Positions 11,165 to 24,299 of a stretch of DNA of 64,000 nt are shown piece after piece. Each line of letters opens with the position of its first letter. Within the stretch, counting starts at the first letter, position 1. A model generated the notes under the pieces. It was not told where the DNA came from. It was given only the letters and a program-made list of their open reading frames with translations, and made no database searches. This DNA is from Azolla caroliniana (lineage: Eukaryota; Plantae; Polypodiophyta). The DNA is taken from NCBI GenBank assembly GCA_043228905.1, contig JBHGNT010000018.1, positions 15,004,001-15,068,000 on the forward strand, read 5' to 3'. The translations under genes and the position numbers were made by a program.

Positions 11165-11541
11165 TGTTGAGATACAAGCTCAACATTGGGTGTGTAAACT
11201 AGTGCATAGACTGGGTGCGTAAGCCGGGAGGCCATTGGACAGATATTTCGTAGAGGAATATATTTTGGGAGTTAGTGTAGAGGCTCATTGATGAGCATTG
11301 AAGTACGTGTCAGTACTTTTGTCAGTCCGTATGGACTTGTATAAAAGTGCTCTCTGAGCACATCCTATGTATAGAGTTTTAGAGTATTGTTTGGAATTGA
11401 GTTTTCTGAGTTCTGCTCTCTCTATCTCTCTCGCGTACACTGTGTTGATTAAGCTTTCCATTAAACCTTGCTCATCCTCTTTGTCTTTTTTCTGTTGTTA
11501 CCCGGTTGTGTTTGTTAAGTTTCCGCACATATTCTTTTACA
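11165..11541 (+). repeat. 3' LTR of Copia-1
   Basis: Begins TGTTGAG right after PPT TGAGGGGGAG; contains TATAAAA; ends TTTTACA, where Copia-2 integrase sequence begins. Confidence 0.78.
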
Positions 11542-12727
11542 CTAAGGACAAAGGGGAAATTTGGATATGAAAACTTGGCCATGTATATTTCTCGGCTATG
11601 ACAACGACGAATTCGATTATCAGCTATGGGACTTAACCGAGAAGAAAGTGATCTAAAGCCGAGACATTGTCTTCATGGAGGAGAAGACAATAGCCGATTG
11701 GGAGGCAGAGAATAGATATCTAGCCACCGGTTTGAGCCGAGTCGATGCTTGGCTAAATCGAATAGAAGTCGATTCGATCGAATTCGAATCCAAACCAGTC
11801 AACCAATTAAATACTCGGCAAAATCGAGAACCAACTGAGGAACAAGGGTAACCAGCTGAACATGGAATCGAATCTAACTCGGCCGAAGAAGTCAAATAAG
11901 TATCAACTATGCTGAATGGAGGCAAAAGGTATCCCTAGAGAGAGAAGGCCTTGGGCAGGTCATTCTCGATGAAATACATGGGTCCAGCAAAACAAATCTT
12001 GGGGATGCACATTGTCCGGGACTGGACAAAGAAATTATTGTGGTTGTCACAAGAAAAGTACATGGCAAAGGTGCTCCAGAGATTCGGCATGGAAAGCATG
12101 AAACCGATTGGCTCGACACTTCCAACAAACTATAAGTCGTTCGGAAGCCAGAGTCCGAAATCAAAAACCGAGAATGTTGAGATGTCAAAAGTCCTTTATG
12201 CCTTGGCAGACGGAAGCCTGATGTATGCAATGGTTTGTACCAGGCCAGACATCGGATACAATGTCGGAGTCGTCAGCCGATATATGAGCAATCCCGGAAG
12301 AGCATTGGGCAACAGTCAAGTGGATACTTTGGAACTTGAAAGGCACCTCGAGTGTGTGCCTCCGATTCGGCTCAGCTAAACCCCTATTAGAAGACTTTAC
12401 TGATTTGTACATGTCGGCTGATGTGGATACCAGCCGATCCACGTCCGAATATGTAATGACCTATGTAGGGGGACCTGTCTCATGGTAGTCAAGGTTGCAG
12501 AAGGCCGTGGCATTGTCAACCACAGAAGCCAAGTATATGGCCGCAACGGAAGCCGATAAGGAAATGATATGGATGAAGGGATTTATCGGAGAGTTGGGAA
12601 TTCAACAAGAAGAATTCCGACTCTATTGTGATAATTAGAGTGTCATCCACCTTACGAAGAATGTCGCCTACCACTCGAGGACCAAGCACATCTAGAGGAG
12701 ATATCATTGGCTCTGAGAGCGAATAGT
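11542..12727 (+). mobile_element. Older Tnt1/Tork-like Copia remnant (Copia-2): integrase C-terminus, RT C-terminus and RNase H with large internal deletion
   Basis: LDMKTWPCIFLGYDNDEF (11560-11620), MKYMGPAKQILGMHIVRD, GSLMYAMVCTRPDI, VALSTTEAKYMAATEA, YHSRTKHI. Confidence 0.85.
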
Positions 12728-13311
12728 TGTTAGGTAACAAGTCCCTCTGGATTGGAAGAGAAGTTCAAATCAGAGAATGGGGAGAACCGATTCCCATGGA
12801 GTCGATGAGTATTTCAGTTGAGGACGAAATCGAAAATCGACTCAATCATTAGCCGAATCGGTCGGGAGACTATACTTGTAAATAGTCTAAATATGCCCTT
12901 AGTGGGCCATAGTTGTAAATAGGTCATATTTTATATTAGTATATATACACCTAGGGCAATCGTTATCTGAGGATTTTTTGTAGTTGATCATTTGTTGAAT
13001 AGTTACAGAAGGTAGCTGCCTCTATAACTAGTGAGAGAGTGAGTGTGAGTTGTAACTCAGCTGCCTCTATTAGTTGAAGACAAGCTTGAGATCGATGCCT
13101 ACGAGTCTCCTTGTATTTCACTCCATATATAATGATTTGTTTCTTGGGGTTTGTGGACCCCCGTGGTTTTTTCCCTTTCGGATTTTTCCATGCTAAAGTA
13201 TCGTGTCTTTGAATCTATTTCGTTTCTTGTCTGTCTAGTGACTGTTTTTCTCGATCTTTGCACTCAAGTACGAATCCAAGAAACCGGTTGTGGTTGGTTG
13301 CGATCCTAACA
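12728..13311 (+). repeat. Orphan LTR (584 bp; 3' LTR of Copia-2 or solo LTR)
   Basis: Terminal inverted TGTTAGG...CCTAACA, internal TATATATA and T-rich U5-like tract; flanks ATAGT/GATTG do not match. Confidence 0.72.
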
Positions 13312-13319
13312 GATTGTAG

Positions 13320-16300
13320 AGAGGAGTCGCAAGTGTGGGGAGAGTTGGAGGCTTGGAATGAAGAGGTCAAGAAGTAAGAAGTTGGGGGAGGTCTCCCCAA
13401 CCTTGCACTATGGCATATGGAGGGTGTGGGAGTAGAAGAGAGACAAGGGGGACCACAAGGAGGGTCATCTCAGGGGCTAGATGTTGTGGAGATGGAGGCC
13501 ATGGAGGACAAGTTGCAGGGGGAAAATCTTCTATAGGAGTGTGGTCAGGCGCATAATGCATGCGGGAGAGGATATTATGATAAGCAATTGGAAATGAAGG
13601 AGAGCTCTAAGATACTGGATATTTTTCTATTTGAGGAAGAAAGTGAAATCCTAAATGCAGAGATCAGAAGGTTAAAGAAGTGTTCGTTCATTTGTAAGCT
13701 ACTTTGTGGTAGGCCTAGTAGAGGTATGGTCTATGACATGTTGCAGGTAGCTCTAATGGATAGGGTCGCATAGATTAAGAATGTGTATAATATGGGATGA
13801 AATTTCTTTCACATTGAAGTGATTGACGGGAGTGGTGTATCAAAGATTATTGATATGAAATTTGTAGAGCTCAAATATGGAAGAGCTTTTTTTGTTGGAG
13901 TGGTATTCCCCATGGTGATATTTATGGTATTCCCTAATCTTCCATGACAATTATATCCCTTGATGAAAAACATTGGGGAGAAGATTGGCACAGTCTGTCC
14001 TTCAAAGGTAACCATGGTAGATAGAATCAGAGACTCCCCTAAGATTAGGGTGCTTGTGCAAAGTTTGTCCACACTCCCCTCTATAATCAGGGTGCATGAT
14101 GTGGAGGCAAGACTAATAGATGTGGAAGTGGAATATGAGGGACCACATGGCCAATGTTTCTATTGTTAAAAAAGGGCCACATTGCTAAGGAATGTCCTAG
14201 GAAGATCAACATTAACGTAAGGGGGGAGAAGGTCAAGGGGCCGATCGCTAAGCAAGAGAACACAAGGGTGGCAATGAAGGTTAATGCAAACACCTGGACT
14301 CTTGTTTTGGGACACAAAAATGGATTGCAACAAGAAGGAAACATGGTTGCACCTCATGTAGATTTGAGAAATCTATTTGAAGTGTTGCAAGAAGAGGAGA
14401 ACCTAATACAAGATCAAAGGACAACTAATGTTGAAGAGGTGGTAGCGTGCACACCCGATGTCTTCCTAAACGTTGCAAAGCTTAGACAAGAAAATGCCAT
14501 GAGCTCCCCCTCCACTGGTAAAAGTGGAAGTATTGGATTGAGAGCAATGAAAGAATGTTTACACAATTGGAGGTGTCCAGAAAGCTCATCCACCACTTCT
14601 GGAATTCAGAAGCTGCAAGAGTTGAGAAAAGTAAGTATGGAGGCAGATGTCAGAGTTCCAGTCAAATTTTTCAGGTCCAAAAGATCGGAAAGGTACACAC
14701 TTGGCACAGGGTGTAGGTTTCGCCAGCAGGCTCTCATGAGACTAACTAATTTTTGTAATGTGGAAGCCCTTGGGCTGAGGGTTTATGTGATTGTCGCTAA
14801 ACGAAACAAGTTGCCGAATGCAGGTCTCTCTTTTGACCTCACGGATTTGGAGGTTTTGGCCCCGTTTCAGCCAACAACATGGTGTGGATGTTCGACTCCA
14901 TAGAAGTCAGGGCGCACAAATACTTTAACAACCTGCCCATCACCTCGAATGGGGATAAATGGATGTCAATGTGGATGAATGTTGGAATGATATGTGGGAG
15001 TTTCAATGATTCTTGCATTAAAAAGGAATGATATGGGGGAGGGGGGGGGGGCTATGTCCTTGGGAGACTTCACAATTGATTTCATGAAATTAATCACGTG
15101 GAACATACAAGGTCTAGGTGGCAGTAAATGCATGATGGAAATGAAGAACTTCCGTCAGGAGTTCAAATCCCTGAGCTTTAAGGGGATCCCAGACATTTTG
15201 CTCTTGCAAGAGCACCATTTGAGTGTGAACTGAATCTTGATTATTGGCAATCCTCTTAAGGGGGGTTGGCATACTTTTTGGTCCCCAGCCCAAGGTGAGC
15301 ATGGTAGAAAAGAGGGTGTTTGTACATCTATCAGGAATAATCCGGATATTGTTGTTGTGATCCAAGACACCATAGTGGAGGGACGTGCCATCTATGTGAC
15401 TATCAGATGGGGTCGGGATAATAAATGTGTATGCGCCCAACTCATCAACGATGCGGGCCTTTTTCTGGAGGCAATTTTTCGATGGCTTACCATTGCAGAT
15501 GCGTGAATCTTTGCAGGGGATTTTAACATGACTTTGCACACATAGGACAAGGTGGGGTCCATGCATACATTGGTGCAAGGGTTAGAGTTAGTTGCATGGG
15601 ATTTGTTGATGGGCCGAATAGGAGTGAAAGATGCTAGGTATGTACTAAAAACGCCTCAGAGGTCGCTAAGATTTTCAAGAGTAGGTTGTAGTATAAATGG
15701 CTTTTGCATGTCTTGCATAGACAAAATATACATAAGCTCGGAACTGGAAAATATGGCAACAATATTGAAATCATTGGCAATTCAGCTTATTCTGATCATA
15801 TGCCGGTTAAGATTACATTAGTCAACCAAGGGAGGTCAAAAAGGGACTACAACCTGAGGATCAACAATAAGCTTTTTGAGGATGCGAAGGAAGATAAGAA
15901 GCATATCGGCCAATAATCTAGTTGGTTGTGGTCCACTTGATAAACTTAGAGGGAAGATTATTGAAACTTCGATGTATTTGCATCCAGAGACTAAAAATAG
16001 AATTGTGAGGGCTAAGGAAAGAGAAGTGAGATTAAGAAGATCATTAGCAGTTACCCAAAGAATGCTTCAGAAAGATCCCATGTGTCACTTGTCTAGAGCA
16101 GGTCTTGAGGTTGCTAAAGAAATGCTACAACGGTTGATTGTGTCTAGAAAGATGATGTTATTCAGGAGTTCAACGGCATGGTGGAGCAAGAATGGAGATA
16201 AGGTAAACCAACAATGTTTTAAGTCTAAAAAGTTGAGAACAAATTGTAGCTACAATCCTAAGTTGATTAAAGAGAATGGATCATTGTCGGAGGATGTATC

Positions 16301-19300
16301 GAAGATCATGGAGGTGGTCACAACTCATTATCGTGGGCTACTCTCAAACAGTTATAATATCCCCAACCAACCTACTGTAACAAAACTTGTATTGGAGGGA
16401 ATGCCACAAAGAATTTCAGAGGTTGCACAAGTTAATCTATCAAGGCCACTTTTGGAAGAGGTGGTGTCAGATGCTTTGGCGAGTATATGTAGAACATTCT
16501 ATCCAGGCATCGACGGATTATCAAGAGAGTTTTTTGAAAAATCTTGGGAAGTGATTAAGGTTGACTAGGTTGATGGTCTAAATTAGGCATGGGATGTTGG
16601 GTGCTTACTTGAGCATTTTAAATAGGGGCTGATATTTCTAATTCCTAAGGTACATGGTCTAATAGTTTATGCAAGGCAATGGAGACCGATCATGTTTCAA
16701 CACAATCTATAAGATTTTTGCCAATATTCTAGCCAAGAGGGTCAAACCCCATTTGCATGCACTAATTAATGTTGGACAAATAGGATTTATTGAAAACAAA
16801 TGTATAATTGATAATGTGTTGACCTTTTGGGAGGCGATTGCCTTGGCAAAGAAAACCAATCAGCATATTGCATGTCTCATGCTCAACTTCGAGAAGGCGT
16901 ATGCCAGACTACAATGGACCTTTTTAGAAATAGTCATGAAGAGGTTGGGACTACCCTAAAATGGAGATCAATTAGCTAGCCCTTTACAAAGGAAGTTTGA
17001 GTAGGGGTGTTGGTGTTAGGGCATCGGGGCCCACCAACTCCATTATGTAGGTCTATCAGGCAAGGGTGCCTATTGGTCCCCTACCTTTATTTATTTATTT
17101 CATAGGCATTCTCTTTCTTTTTAAACAAATTGGATGCAGTAATAAGAGGATCAGTTGTCCCACATGCCACCAAGGAGTTGTTGGACTCAACGCATGCAAA
17201 TGACACTATGCTCTATCTACAAGCCAATGACACTAATTTAAAGCAAGCTAAAAGACTGATTGAGTTGTTTTGTAAAGCGTTAGGAGGGAAAATTAATTGG
17301 AACAAAAGTAGAGGGTTCTTGGTAAGTCCAAACCCATGGCCTCTTTGGTGCCCTAATGCTGATTTTCAATGGGTCCCGAATGGAATGGCTGTTAGAAATT
17401 TGGGCTTTTTGGTGGGAGTTGAGACACCAAAAAATCAAGAGCTTAAGCAAGTGAAAGACAAAATCAGAAAAAAACTTTTGTTATGGGCATCAGTAAAGCT
17501 TTCCCTTGCATGTAGGGTGGTCGTGGTAAACCGCATTTTGTTGGCCACCAAGTGGCATTCAGTGGCATGCTAGATGTTAGACAAAGCTTGCATCAAAAAC
17601 ATTAAGTCAATGGTGAGAGGGTTCCTTTGATTGGGTAAAGACCATGAGACAACATCAACTAAAGTGGCGTGCAGTTGTTTGATCAAGGTGAAAACCCGGG
17701 GTGGACTTGGGTTGGTGGATCCAGTTCACCAAAGAAAGGCTTACTCGGTAAGCTTTTGGTGTGAAGTTTACAACCTAGACCTGAACTACGAAAGATGCTT
17801 CTTAGGGACAAAGCTAACCTCTGGTGTTCGAGGAATGGTGGCCCTTGGAATGCAAAGATGTGGTGGTTGTTCAGTCCAAGTCTAAAGTCAAAAGAACTGG
17901 CTAGCATGGAGGACAAGGTGGCCCGCGCCATAATGAGGGCCTAGTCAATTGTAAGAGAAGGGTTGGTCTTAATGCAACCGAAAACATTGGAGTAACAGCT
18001 CCATAACCATTTTTTTGGAACCCCATGATTAGAAGCGAAGACGGTATGGTGCTTGGACAAAATAAATATTTGCCATGGGGGCGCACGTTAGGGTACAATG
18101 TTAGTTCAGTAAGAGATTGGGAGGTTTTTAGAATGAAGAGGAGGGAGGGTCAAACTGGTAGTAGTATGTTTATTGGCAGGCTAAAAATGGTGACCTAGTT
18201 GATAGGTAAGGTGGTTGTTGGTCTAGATAGGTTGAATGAGGAAGAGAGGGTCTGGTCTGGGTATTTTGTAGGTGAGTATCCGTGGCAAGTGCCCATCTAA
18301 TGAGTATCTCTTGTGGGGAAACCTAAGTGCTTTGTCAAACAATGGCCAGTGGTTGGCAATTCAAGAAGTTGGATCCACTAGAGGTATAGTGGCAGAAACC
18401 GGGAACGAACAAACTGGAGGGTTTTTTTGAGTATAGTACTAAGTTAGGAAGGCAAATCATTGGCTCCAAATCAATGGGCGATGCTCAGACTTGCGATAGC
18501 TAGAGGGATAAAGGCATATCAGATGACTTGTTGAAGTCGTTTTGGAGGAGACTATGGGCGTTGGACATGCCAGAAAAAATAACGGTTTAGTTGTAGCTTC
18601 CTAGCCATAAGGTGATACATGTAGGGGAGTGGATGAGGTGTCGTGGTGGGGAGGCTAGTTGAAAGTTATGTGGACACTCTTTGGAATTGGTGCCTCACTG
18701 TTGTTGGAATTGTGCAAAGGCGATTAGCATTTGGGGTAGAAGTCTCAGGATAGTGGCAGCATGCGGTGTGAATGGGAGAGTTGTGTGGGGGTCCTTACAG
18801 GGTTTGAAGTCAACATGGGAAGGCTAGGTGGAACAGTTTAACCCACATGGTCATGGATTCATAGTGCAAGGTGGCTGCGTGTTCCAATGTGCTAGAGTGC
18901 GACCTGACACAAAATCTATATTTTTTGAGGAGATATGGATGATGGTGGCGTACTTATGGTCTGGCACATTTGGACCAAGCATTGTAGATTTGTTTTTTAG
19001 CAACGAAATCTCCCAAGCGGTGAGGTGTGCCTAAACATATGGTTTGAGCTGGTATCTTTGTTGTGTGGACAATACAACTCGATTCAGAGGAACTCAAATG
19101 AAGCAGAAAGGGTTCGGTCAACGTTTCTATTCACATGGGGTGGTTCTCCTATAATAGTCAAATCATCATTAGGGCCTAAATGGAACTACCAAGCACCCAT
19201 ACGGCTATTTTCTGCCAATGGCTTCCATTAGTGGGCAGGAGATATAAATATAGCTATGGTACAATTCAGTTACCATGTAAATAGAATCGGTGAGACACTT

Positions 19301-19440
19301 TTTTTGTAAATGAGGGGGTGGGGATTATGATTAGTTTTGTGGGGAGAAGTGTGAATTTTGCTAAATATGGTTGAACTTTGATGTGCTTTGTTTGCTAACT
19401 AATGTGAAGTAGTGTTTTTTGGGTGTGTGTATATATATAT
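13320..19440 (+). mobile_element. Decayed near-full-length L1-clade LINE
   Basis: ORF1 remnants with CCHC knuckle (CFYC*KKGHIAKEC, ~14155-14195). ORF2 from ATG 15084 has endonuclease motifs (ITWNIQGL, LLLQE, AGDFN, SDH), RT motifs (PGIDGL, NTIYKIFA, NFEKAY, IRQGCP, HANDTML, RGGLGL) and a zf-RVT-like region near 18600-18750. Many stops; TA-rich tail. Confidence 0.88.
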
Positions 19441-19442
19441 AT

Positions 19443-21809
19443 TGTAATATGCTCACAATGATTCCCCCAAATAACCAGTGCCTGAGCTTTTGGTTTGCTT
19501 CTCTGATTATAGCATTCTATTACATCATCTAGGTTCTTGGTTCATACTTGAACTAACCATTTATGAATCTTGGCAGACCATAAGTTAGGTTCAAGAACTG
19601 CTACATCATACATATATGACACCACCCCTTTTTGATAAAAGGGTGAATGGCGGTATTACATTTTTACTATGACACCTTATCATTATTATCAAATCGTATA
19701 ATGCATGATCATCATGTGACTGCAGCCTGATCCGAGTGTGAGGGAGTGACAATGAAAGCTATGCACTTGATTCGGTTGATATGGGCGACTGTTTCGGATG
19801 AATTGGTTGTCCGCACCAAACGGTACATCTGTGTGCCAATGCGTGTAGTGACCATGTACGGCCCGAGCCAATGGTGCATGAGGTATTCTCAGAGTCCGAG
19901 CTTGCAGACAGGATAATAAACTCTGACACTCTCTCCAATCTATAGCTCCATCGATGTATAGGATGCATCATAGTATTTCTTTTGTTGTTGTGCCATACGT
20001 AAACTGTGTTGTAGAGCACGTCCCCACCAACACCAATACAAGTAGTATTTGGTGATAAACAACGAATCTACCAATCGTCCAAACAAGCATATTGCACCTT
20101 CCTTTTAACACAACATTAGTTCCTACATTCATTTTATGTATTATCACACCAATTTTTCCCATGACATTAGGTTGTGATTGGTTTATCAAAACCAGTGCAC
20201 AACTACATTTTGATACTCAATCGCTAGTTCTACCCTCCCTTAAGCCGTTCATAGTGTCATACATATATGACACCACCCCCTTTTGATAAAAGGGTGAATG
20301 GTGGTATTACATTTTTACTATGACACCTTATAATTATTATCAAATCGTATAATGCAGGGTCATCATGTGACTGCGGCCTGATCCGAGTGTGAGGGAGTGA
20401 CAATGGAAGTTATGCAGTTGATTCGGCTGATATGGGCGACTGTTTCGGATGAATTGGTAGTCCGTTGTAAATAGTACATTTGTGTGCCAATGCGTGAGGT
20501 GATCATATACGGCCCGAGCCAATGGTGCATGAGGAATTCCCTTAATTAGCATACCACAACTTAGCAACCACATAATGCATACACAAGTTCATCTAGAATC
20601 AACCACAGTATGGACCGCTGACTCTTGCAGGAATTCCCGACATTATTCCGCAAGACAACGACCACAACACAAATGAATTTGCCTGTCCAACATACAATCC
20701 CGACAGTCGTAGGAAAGCCAGCTCGGATGGCCACCAGACAACGATCTCCATTGGATAAGCAAATGATCAATCAAATTGTTAACAACATGCTCGACAAGGA
20801 CATTATAGAGTCGTCAAGTAGTGAATGGGTCTCAAAACTGCATTTGGTATGCAAGGATGGTGGCACCTTTCATTTTTGCATTGATTTCTGTCCTTTGAAT
20901 AAGATTACCAAGCACGACCTGTACCTGCTTCCACGTGTGGATGATCTATTGGATCAAGTCGGGAAGTCCAAATACTTCACCTCACTAGACCCCACGTCAG
21001 GCTATTAGCCGATCCCATTAAGCCCTACAGACAAACACAAAACCGCTTTTAGGATGCAACATGGTTTCGTTTAGTTTAAATGAATGCCCTTCAGCCTATC
21101 TGATGTTGGTAGCACCTTTCAAAGGATGGCAAATTTAATATTTCACGACTTGATCCAAGAAGGAGTGCTACTAGTGTACCTAGACAATATTTTGATTCAT
21201 ACACCAGAGTGGGAACAACATATCCACATTCTTAGAGAGGTTCTACACAGGATACAGAAATACAATCTACAGCTCCAAGAAATGCCAATGGGACTCTACT
21301 ACATTAAAATTCTTGGGTTTCATCATATCAACCATAGGAATCAACATGGACCCTTCAAAGATCAAGGCAATCACAAATTATCCGCAACCAGCGAATGTCA
21401 AGTCACTCCAAAGCTTCTTAGGTCTTGTCAGCTTCTCTCTCTGGTTTGTCCCACAACTCGCAACCATCACACAACCTTTGCACCTCTTACTGAAGATGGA
21501 CGCACCATTCTCTTGGTCCACGGCTTGCATAGAGAGTTTTCGACAAATCAAACAAATCATTCAAGACGCAACCCAATTAGCATTTCCAGATTTTGGCAAG
21601 ACATTCCGCCTACAAACAGACGCGTCAAATATAGGAATTGGTGCGATTCGTGGCGGTTCTTGAACATAACTGATGGTCTGTCAAGATTCATAAACGGTTA
21701 GTTCAAGTATGAACCAAGAACCTAGATGATGTAATAGAATGCTATAAATAGAGAAGCAAACGAAAATCTCAAGCACTGGTTATTTGGAGGAATCATTCTG
21801 ACTCGCATA

Positions 21810-21810
<1 letters not shown>
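19443..21810. mobile_element. Composite unit bounded by ~160-bp inverted repeats, containing Gypsy protease/RT/RNase H fragments and an internal ~280-bp direct repeat
   Basis: 19443-19605 is the reverse complement of 21649-21810; direct repeats at 19606-19883 and 20255-20534; both outer ends abut (TA)n. Confidence 0.8.
20025..21648 (+). pseudogene. Ty3/Gypsy protease-RT-RNase H fragment
   Basis: TLGCDWF; FCIDFCPLNKIT..LPRVDDLLD..FTSLD..SGY; MPFSL; VYLDNILI; LQSFLGL; FRLQTDASNIGIGA. Confidence 0.85.
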
Positions 21811-21843
<33 letters not shown>

Positions 21844-22102
21844 CATAAATATGATAATTTTGCCAAAGCCAAGTGCACATCCAAATACAAGTGGTAGTGC
21901 ATATAAAAAGGAAAGCTTATATTTTATCCAACAAGAAAGCTCATTAAGGCTATAAAAGGAGGTAGAGGAGCTCATCGTTGGGTTTGTTGTTTTAGGGAAC
22001 TTGAACACCTTGAAGGCTTCTATGTCAAAGCAAATCATATTGCAGTGAGTGGGAGGCCTACAATAACAAAGGTGATGTTGTCATGATTTGTAGACTTGTC
22101 AG

Positions 22103-22530
22103 GCTAAAACACAAAGATTTTCCCCAAAAGTCTTTTAATCTTATTTTTCTATTATCTTAATCTCTCTTATCATTTGTAATGGGGTTAACTATGTAAAAAC
22201 CTTATTATAATCTTGATTTTATTTTCACTCGAATTCATTGTTATCTTTGGAAAATATATTGTGTAAATTGTAAATTGTAAATTGTGCTCTTGGAAATTTG
22301 AATTAAAGGAAGCTCATGCTAAAACATAAAGATTTTCCCCAAAAGTCTTTTAATCTTATTTTTTCATTATCTTAATCTCTCTCACCATTTATAATAGGCT
22401 TAAGTATGTAAAAAACTTATTATAATTGATTTTATTCTCCCTCAAATTCATTGTTATCTTTGGAAAATATATTGTGTAAATGGTAAATAGTAAATTGTGC
22501 TCTTGGAAATTTGGATTAAACGAAGTTCAT
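22103..22530 (+). repeat. ~215-bp AT-rich tandem duplication
   Basis: GCTAAAACA.AAAGATTTTCCCCAAAAGTCTTTTAATC... starts at 22103 and again at 22318. Confidence 0.85.
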
Positions 22531-24299
22531 GATGGAATTTTGGGCTCGGAATATGTGTCCAAGTGAAAAAAGTCACTCAATGTGTGCCGCTACTTAGTAA
22601 GAGGTGGTTTCAAACCCACACATCCGAGTGGTGGGTGCTCACAATCGAGCTACTCCCACAAGGATTGTGGGAAAAGTTTTAGCTCGAAATTCCAAGAGCT
22701 ATGTTAAAAATTTACAAGCAATAGGACTCGACCCCACATCCCTCGATGTCACGATATTTGGCACTTTGTCCATTAAGCAACACTTATGAATAAGGAAAGA
22801 ATATTCATTTAATGGGAAAGTTTCCGTGAATAACTTAACCTCATGGAACATGTTTAAAACCTTCATGGAATCCAATCCCATGAAGGATTAAACATTCATG
22901 GCAATTTCCCCAAAGAGTGGAAGGAGGACTGACAAGTGTGCTAGCTAATCGTCGACAAGTAGGACCGAAAGACTATAAAGAGAAAGAAGGACCAGTTGAG
23001 TTTCTTCGCACAAGACTATGGAGATTTGGTTGTTGCTCAAGAAACAAGCCTCTCATTCGCTATAACAATGGTTGATACCCTTGATCCTGTCCTAGCCTTC
23101 GTGCTTCAACCCTACCCCTCTACCCAAACAAATAGAGGTGGACAAAATCCATTTCAAACCTTTAACAAATACCCAATGACAAAACCTAACATATAAATAA
23201 TATGTGCCTCTATTGCAGCATGCCAAGTCATATAGTTTCAACTTGGCTTGAAAAGAGTGGTCTTCAACAAGTAGCAAAACGAGCTTGTCCAGCTATAGTA
23301 GGAGCCATGCAACAAGACAACACCAGAGGAACCTTTGCAAAGTATCTAGGAATAGATTTGGTCTATCATCAAGTTTGATTATGATCCCTATTTAGAAAGA
23401 TAATAGCTCTAAGGTCCTCCATACAAATGCGTTGAAATATTTATTTGCTACAACTTGCCTCATCCAGATTTTTATGTAGAAATTTAAGCTAGCATTGAGA
23501 TTATAAGAATTCCTATTCCTATTTTGGGTGGCCATTCATATTTTGCAAGCTCACTTAGGATATGACTCTAATGTTGATTTGAGTCTACTCACATCAAGAG
23601 GTGATTTCTCTCAATCTCATTGATTCTCCACACCATGTATTATCCTCGGATTACCTTGACATCTTGAATCACACAACCCAATGATAAACTGGCAAACTTG
23701 GTCCATTAAATTCTCTCTTATATGTTTTCAGTCCCTAACTAATTTCTAGCATTGGGGAACCAATGCCCTACTTAATAGGCCTAGTACAAACAACTTCGAT
23801 GTCTACTCCTACTTCAACTATAATTTTTACTTTGGTAGTATTGTTGGTGTTGGCCAACTCGAGCTACAACTTTCTCTTCAATTGCCGACTCTATCTTTGA
23901 TTCAATGGTGTGAATGAAGATTTTCACTTCCAAGTACAAATGGCGTGTATGGTTCCACAATTGATTCCAAAGTTATTCATGCATATGAAATTCTCATCAC
24001 ACACCTCCTCACCAATATCACTCTTTCAGTATTTCATAATCGTTCCACTTCCAAGTGAATAAAATGATTTCCTTATGTGTTAGAAAAATGAAATGCAAAT
24101 TGTTCGCGTTATATTTTCATGTGACTGATCCTCAAGATGGTGCTTAGCCTCCATTTGGTCCAATCGACGAGTCATCTAAACTTATATTAAGGCCCTTTTA
24201 GCTTACATCGATGAGAATCTTGAAAAGGTTTCACGTGCCATTCAAAGTCTCCGATGGAGGCACCATCCTATTCAATCAAAGTCTCTGATGGGCCCCCAA

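Larger units (their letters stand above)
1..11541 (+). mobile_element. Ty1/Copia LTR retrotransposon (Copia-1), 5' end outside the window, interrupted by a Gypsy insertion at 2219-9151; decayed
   Basis: Copia domain order: zinc knuckle CWYCGKKGHKESECW (~75-120), protease WYVDS (~300), GAG-pre-integrase LWHKRFSH, integrase (CLRCDGGKEY, 986-1560), RT (WDLVDVPKGVKPIGC, LLYVDDL, 9160-10000), RNase H (GYSDSDWAG, FHARTKHIEVHYHFV). PPT GAGGGGGAG lies before an LTR starting TGTTGAG at 11165. Confidence 0.93.
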
